Below are positions 57,170 to 64,000 of a stretch of DNA of 64,000 nt, one piece after another (the first letter of the stretch is position 1; the number at the start of each line of letters is the position of its first letter). The stretch comes from Rhynchopus sp. YZ270_cl-10 (Eukaryota): contig OZ037842.1 in the NCBI GenBank assembly GCA_964035575.1, positions 1,612,001 through 1,676,000 on the forward strand, given 5' to 3'. Below the pieces are notes generated by a model. That model was not told the origin of the DNA and searched no databases. It worked only from the letters and a program-made list of their open reading frames with translations. The position numbers were made by a program, and so were the translations under genes.

Positions 57170-60100
57170 GTATTTTTTTTTTTTTTTGAACATACTCGGG
57201 TGAACGAACGGCAGGTGGGGGGGTTTGGGTCGGGAGGGGGAAGGGATTGCTTCACGCTGAGAATCGTTGTTTTAGTCGCGTTTTTTGTTGTATGCATATT
57301 TTGTGTGTTGCTGTGAAAAGAACACACAAAGGTAAGAGGCTCCCACTTTGTTTCTATTTTGCCTCTTCGGGAAGGTTTGGGGTGCCCACACCCTTCAAGT
57401 TCTCGCTTTTTTGTTGTTGTTTTTTTAGAGACAGCCTGTTCTCTTCTTTTTGTCGTGTTGTAAAAATTTGAGTTTTGATCCCAGGTCTGTTGGTTTTAGA
57501 TGAGAGTTTCGGGCTTGAAATACGTACTGTGCCCCCGTTGTGGCCATTTCGTCTTTCAAAAAGTTGTTTTCTATTTTTTTTTTTTTCAGTCTTTCGTCGT
57601 TTTGTGGTGTCGGTGGGGGGCTTCCCCCCTTCTGTTGCACACACACCACTCCCGCTGACTTCATTGCTTTGCAATGATTTTGTTTTGTTTTATTTATTTT
57701 CCAAAACCACCCCCTTCTTTGTTCGTGTATATACCACATAATCGGGTATTTCACTCCCCCCCCAAAAAAAATAAACACCTTCTGTAAATTTGTCATTGCC
57801 AACCCAGTTTGGCAAATGACAAATTTGGCGATTTGTCGACACAGCAAACAAAAAAAAAACAAAATCTCTGACAGAACGTACTTTTAGTATGATACTGTAC
57901 GTTTCAGCGTTATTTTTTTTTTAGATGTCTGTGCAGGCACATTCATCTTCAAATTTTCTCTTTTTTTTTTCTTCTTTCTTTTTTAGGTGGGTTTCAGTTA
58001 TTACATTTGGAGACACACGTTATTTTGTGACAAGTTTACGACACGTGAACTGTGACAATGCACAAGTCTCCCTGTCAGTATTTTTCCCCCCCCCGAAGGT
58101 TACTGAGTACGGCTTAGGTTCATCTTACAAGCTTTCTGGTGCATCTGAGAGCACATCTTTTTCAAATCCCCCCCCCCTTTTTTTTCTGTACGAGAGGGGT
58201 GGACTCTGATGGCTGATGTTTGCACAAAGTAAGTCATCGGCAATGTGAGGGCAGCCCTGGTGGGATGAGTCATGCGAGCTACAGTGACGGAAACTTACCG
58301 CCCTCAAGAAAAAAAAAATGCGGCAAAAAATCCGATTGCGGTAAATTTCTTTTTCGGCCATTTTTTTTTCCCCTGCTTAGATGGCTAAGCACAGGCTTGG
58401 GTTCATCTTACATACCCTCCTGTTCTTGAGGCAGTAGGGTGTGCCTAGCTGTACCTATATTTGTTTGGGTCGAGCTCCTCCCCCTGTCCACGCAAAAAAG
58501 CGAACACTCAGCTTTCCGGTGCAACCCAGCACCGAGCAAAAGTGATAGTGGAAAATAAAGACATGGCGGACTCTTCCTACCCTACATTTTTTGTTTTATC
58601 TTTTTCTCATCTCTACTCTCGTAGCTTCATACAAAGTATTGTTTTGTTTGTTTTATTTTCTCCATAAACGGTTCATGTATACGATCTTCATCGTTCCTTT
58701 AAGATCCATGCACGTGAGGCATGCCCATCTTACAACCCTTTTCACAAGGTGACTAAGCACTCTAATGTGCTCTCATCGTGCGTTCTTTTTAAACGTCAAT
58801 CTCAAGGAGTAAGTCCAAGTCGACCTTTTATTTGGTAGCACTCTTTTACCCTAAACAATGCATGAGTCTGATGAGAGGCTCATATTTCAAGTTTTTCTTT
58901 TCTTTCAAAGACGCGCGAGAGGCTTGAGTTCATTGTAATAACTTTTTCTGCTCTTTTAGATGTGCACGAGAGGTACATTCATCTTTTTCAAGTTTCTTTT
59001 TTTTTTTTTTTTTTTTTTTTTGTTTTTTTGTTTTCCCATACCACGTGCAGCCTGGCTTCCCACCTTGGAATCATGAAATGCGTTCACCTTTTATTGTAGG
59101 AGAGGCACATCTTCAAGCTTTCTGATTTTGTGTTCTTTGAAAGTATGGTTTTAGTTTCCCTGGGTCCTGCTGACTTCATGAAGACACAGAAATGCAAGAC
59201 TGGGTCCCCCCACTGCAAGTATAGTTTCTGTTACCATGGTTGAGCAGACAAGATGCATTCAATAGCACCGCTTTCTGGCTCTATTCCTTTGCGTCTTCCC
59301 TGGTGAATTTTTTTTTTCTGACAAAGAAGAAAAGAGAAAAAGGAGAACCAAATACACGAGGATGACGTGTGAAGAGCACACTTACCCCCTGTTTTTGGGT
59401 TTTTTTTCTCTCTTTTTTTCTAGTCGGAAACAAAATAAAATGTGAAAAAAAGTATTATCGGGTGACTGCACGAAGACATTTTGGTATGGGTGAACGGGGG
59501 GAGGTGCACAAAGTACGCAATAAGTGCAAATCTCACCCCACCCCTCTTCAGCCACCCCAAAAATCATTTTCCCTTTTTTTTTCTTTTTTCTCTTTGCGTT
59601 TCGATACCTACTGTGGTATGGAGGTACGTCTTCTTCTTCTTCTTTTTTCAATATCATTTTACATGAGACATGCCATCATTTTTTATTACTTTTTAACCTT
59701 GCGTTGTGACCATTTTTCAAGGGGACTAAGCACAAGAGGCTTAGGTTCATCTTGTAAACCCTTTTTTTCCTTTTTTCCCTTTTTTACTACTTACAATGTC
59801 TACTTCCCTCGGGTAGTTTGCACTATGAACTTCAATGCCTTATTTTGCTGTGAAATAAAAAGGGACACCTCCAGCCAGTCAATACTTTGGGGGTTTTAAA
59901 ATACGACCTCTATTTTACCCCCTCGTGACAGTGCGTTAATGGGTCGCCTTGTTTCATCGTGCCCAGGGGGGACAAAGCAAATGTAGGTGACGTTGCTCTC
60001 AGCTCACTGTTCGCTTTCACGTTCGTTGATCGGGTTTATCTGCTGGTTTCTGTTTTATTGTGTGCTTTTTTTTTATGGTATGTTGTCGTGTGCCCAGTCT

Positions 60101-61955
60101 TTTCAACAATTCTCATCCCCCCCTTTTTTTTTGGTTAACTTGGCTCTTTTTTCACCTCAGTGGCTACGGTTTGCGGTTTTGTGTTTTATTCGCAGCGTTT
60201 CAGCACTTTTCAATTTTTTTTTTTGTATTTTTTTTCTTCCCTTTTTTGGTTCACGCACCTGATTTCCCAGCGACCCATTTCTATTATTGAACCATTTAGC
60301 TTTTTGTTCATTTTTTTTATATCGGATTTGGAATGCAGTACAAAAAAAAACTGGGTTTTTTGTTCAATCAACGAGATTAACTGAACTGCCCCCCCCCAAA
60401 AGAATATTGCTGTATTTCTGTGTTCTATTTCGGCTTTCGAAAATAAAGTATTTTGCTGTAAGCCACGAATTTAAAAGACTTATGGAGTGCATATTGCACA
60501 GTGTATGCTACTCTACTCACATTTTTTTTCCCCAGTGCCTGCATCCGTGTCTGGTGAGTTTTTCTGCACTTTCAGCTTCTTTTTCTTTTCTTTTTTCAAA
60601 ACAACGGGGGGGGTGTGGAGTAGACGTGATTCATGCTTACAGATATTTCTGAGAAAAGCTCTTTTCCCAAGTTGGCGAAGAACACTTATCACTTTTACCA
60701 AATAGAAAGAACTTTCCTCCATACACCCCCAAACCTTTTTTTTTACAAATGGGATTCTCCTTCTCCCAACGCTTTTCCAAATAAAGTTTTCCCGAAAAAT
60801 GAAGTTAATTTTTTTTTAAAAAACGAACTGAAGAATAAAACGGGGTGCAAGGGGGAAAGATACAGCTTTTTTTTAATGATGTGAGTCAATATAATGTTGA
60901 CGTTACGCAAACAAAAGAAAACTCTGAATTTTCACCATGAAAATTATGCACCTCTCTCTGCACAATACAAAAAGTTCAAAAAAAAATGCGTGGAGATCAC
61001 ACAGGTGGACATCACAGATGTTGTTCAAAATTTTCAAAAAAAAAAAAAGAAGAAGAAAAAAAATAGAAAAATAGCAGGCTTCGGCCGACATCGATCAATG
61101 GACCCTAGTTCTGTGACGATTGTCGACACAAATAAAACAAATCTCCAAGCTTGTTACATCTGCCAGTCTGAAGTGAACGCCACAGCCCCCTTTAAAAAAC
61201 AAAAATAAAAAAGACTCTCAATTACCTCCAGGTGGAGAATTCCCACTCTGGATAGTAGCGATGGATTGCTAAGAAAACACCTGCATGGCCTTCAAAGATG
61301 GTTAGCTTTTCTCTCTCCCCCCCCCTTCCATCCCCCAGTAGAAGTGAACGAGGCCCCTCCCCATGCCCATCTGTGTTAGGCTGTTCAAAACTTTTTTTTT
61401 TGGTGGGTTTGCTTCAGTTGCACTTTGTCGGACAAGACAAAAAAAAACAGGGGGACAGGGGGGGCGAAACGAATAAAAAACAGTACCGATTGCGTTCGTT
61501 AACTCTATTTTCACCCGCATCAGCTTATATCTCACCCCCTTTTACGAAAGCTCAACGCTGCAGATGTACATTCGTCTGACAATTTTTTTTTGTCACCTCA
61601 TGAAATGAAGGAGGAAATAGAAACAACGCACTTTGAACACACTTTGCGGTTATAGCGACGAACCGCGCTGCAGAGCCACTCCTCACCAAACAGGTCGAGG
61701 TGTGTGCGTTTCACCACAACCTCTCCCATGGGTTTTATCGTGTGGTGAGTGTTAAGTTTCTATTTTTGCGGACTCCGGCAGAAATATGTTTAAACCACTA
61801 CACTACACATACATACAGGAAAAAAAAACAAACAAACAAAACAACATATCGAGCCCCCTTCGTCTGTCGTCCCCAGCCCAACCCACACTCTCTCGGCTCT
61901 CTTAACCCAGGCGCGTTGCCTTTCAAATATTTTATTTGGCGCGTTCAGTTTATAG

Positions 61956-63866
61956 CAAAGTCCGCAGCCACTGCGCCTTGTACACTATGTGCCCCATATG
62001 TCATGAGGAAGACCTGTTGCAGGGATGGTGCAGGACAGAAGGGTGCGACCATGGATTTCACACAGAGCACATTTTGGATTACCTGCATTTGACGTATGTA
62101 CCGTGCAAAGGGGGAAAAAAAAAGCCCCCCCTTTGAAATTCATTAGGGAAAATTTGTGTGGGGTTGGTAGTTGCAACGAAGCAGACAGATCAGTGAGTTT
62201 CTTGCGAAGTGTTTTCTGGATAGTGAAGACTGTCTGAAGGAGGCCCATCTTCGGGGATATTTTTCCTTTCAAAAAAGGGTTGTTTTATTTCTGGGAAATA
62301 AAGAAGTAGTATTTCCCTGGGGGTGGTCAACTTCTAAGGGCGTGGATTTCCGATTCGACGGCAATAAAAATATGTGGAGTTCATCCTCGGCAGTCTACAC
62401 TAATACAACCAAGCTTTTCAATAAAAAAAAAATCTTCTTTTTTTTAATTCTTTTTTCTTCACAGCGGCCGGTATGTGTGTCCGATGTGCAACAACGAGAT
62501 CACCGCCCTGCTTCTCGACGACGGCACAACGCTTGCTGCGGCGGACCTGAAGAAGCGTTTCTACTTTCCACCGTCGTCGATCAGCTTCAAGTCAGACCAC
62601 AACATCTCTCTGTTTAAGGAGGAGGCGGAGGTGTGTACCCACTCCCCACACCCCACCCATCAGCGGATAATGGACTTCCGGTCCCAATACACTACGGAAA
62701 TTCGTTTTTTTTTTTATTCACCTCCACTTTTTAGTTTCGCGCCATTTTCGTCTACTCAAATCCACCCATTTTTCTCACTGCAAAATAGCGCTTCTCTGTT
62801 CCATAAGAGTTTCGATGACATGCTGACTCATTCATACTCATTTTTTTTGTTTTCATTCCCCAGTTTTTCTCAGATGTAAACATCGAAAAATGGATGCACA
62901 ACTGCGCGGTTGGGGTCCATATAGGAGAGATTTGGCAGCTTTTTTTTTTTGGCCTCAAAGAGGTTTCCTCTTCACAGCCAGGTAGTCAGTGAGCCAGTGG
63001 GAGCGTATTGCAGTAATAAAAATATCACCACAGAATATTTATTACACACTTTCCGCACAAACCACCCTCCCCCTTCCACAGTCGCTCCCGCTTCCGCTCA
63101 CCGCTATGGTGAATGAGCAGCGTCGTGTCGTTCACCAGGCAGCCTTCCCGACCATCCTCCTGCAGCTGAAGGACAGCAAAGGCTCACCATGCAGCCCCGA
63201 TGCTGAGAGGATACGTGTCCACGTCGGGCACGACTGCGAAGGTGCAGAGCTCTTCAACGGCAAGGCCATGATCCAAAGTGGCGGGCAGTGCACCATATCA
63301 AACATGGTTCTGCAGATCCCTGCCACACAGAACGTCTCCGAAAAGGACGCCGTCACGCTCAGTTTTAAGGTAACAACCCACCCCCTTTTTTTTACAATCT
63401 GAGGCATTCATAAATACAACCCCTCTAGAATCGACAATTCTCCCATCCTCCCTCGTATTTTTTCAAAAAAAAAAAATTCAAAAAATATCCAAAAAACCAG
63501 GTGACCTGCCTTGGAGAAGAACTACCCTGCCACAACTACACAATCACCTCAAGTGTTTACTTCCCTGAGGATGAGCGTGAGGTCTCCCCAGGACTGCAGA
63601 CCTACCGGGAGAAGGTGGCTGCCGCAAAGGCGGAGGAGGGGAAGGCGAAGGCCGAGCCTGTCGTGGAAGAGGTTTCCCCAACAAAGCCTGTCAAGGCTGC
63701 TCCGCAAGAGGACAACAGGAGCGATTCTAACTCAGACACAAACGCGCTCTCCGGGACACTCGAGAAGGAACGCAACGGCTTCGTCAAAGAAAGCAACAGA
63801 CGGGAACGGCGGAAACAACCACAGTCCGTTCAGGACGGTGGCTGTGGTGGATGCGTTGTGGCATGA
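61956..63866 (+). CDS. Paralogue of the RING-CAAX gene; 5' exons uncertain (exons 61956-62093, 62465-62630, 63082-63369, 63501-63866)
   Basis: CPIC...GCDHGFHTEH...GRYVCPMC. Collinear with 55131-57169 (FY.PPS...F.S.HN.SLF, AELFN, QS.GQCT, ELPCH). Ends GCGGCVVA*. A further upstream exon at ~61655-61699 is possible. Confidence 0.75.
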
Positions 63867-64000
63867 AGGAATGTAAAGGGATTGGGAGGGGGGGAAAACG
63901 TCTATCGGACCAGAAGTTTGCTTCTAATAAATGGTGTTGAGAAAGCAAAGTCTGCAGAAGATAGACCAGAAATGACTAAGCAGAAGCTTGGATCCATCTT

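Overview
Eukaryotic (protist) genomic DNA, most consistent with a euglenozoan such as a diplonemid (inference). All 12 recognisable genes are on the + strand. They have short GT-AG introns, and several have a CAG acceptor just upstream of the ATG, suggestive of trans-splicing. Genes: type-B carboxylesterase, Amt ammonium transporter, MFSD5/MOT2-like transporter, SPIN90/Ldb17-like protein, PDZ-containing tail-anchored MAP3K, bacterial-type SLOG (cpYpsA) protein, a large secreted cupredoxin-like/TxAP-repeat protein, a 2538-aa RanBP2/NZF zinc-finger protein, two B-box-like proteins, two paralogous RING-CAAX proteins, plus one hypothetical protein. Several non-autonomous TIR DNA transposons can be delimited: a MULE-like element (9-bp TSD), a hAT-like element (8-bp TSD) with a nested element, and a TA/TTAA-type element. 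The most striking observation is that three elements with unrelated termini each carry a diverged copy of the same ~0.75-1 kb non-coding core. By manual inspection the core shows compensatory base changes, G-U strand bias, stable tetraloops and self-folding insertion domains, making it a candidate large structured RNA carried by different transposon shells. No folding or database search was run.
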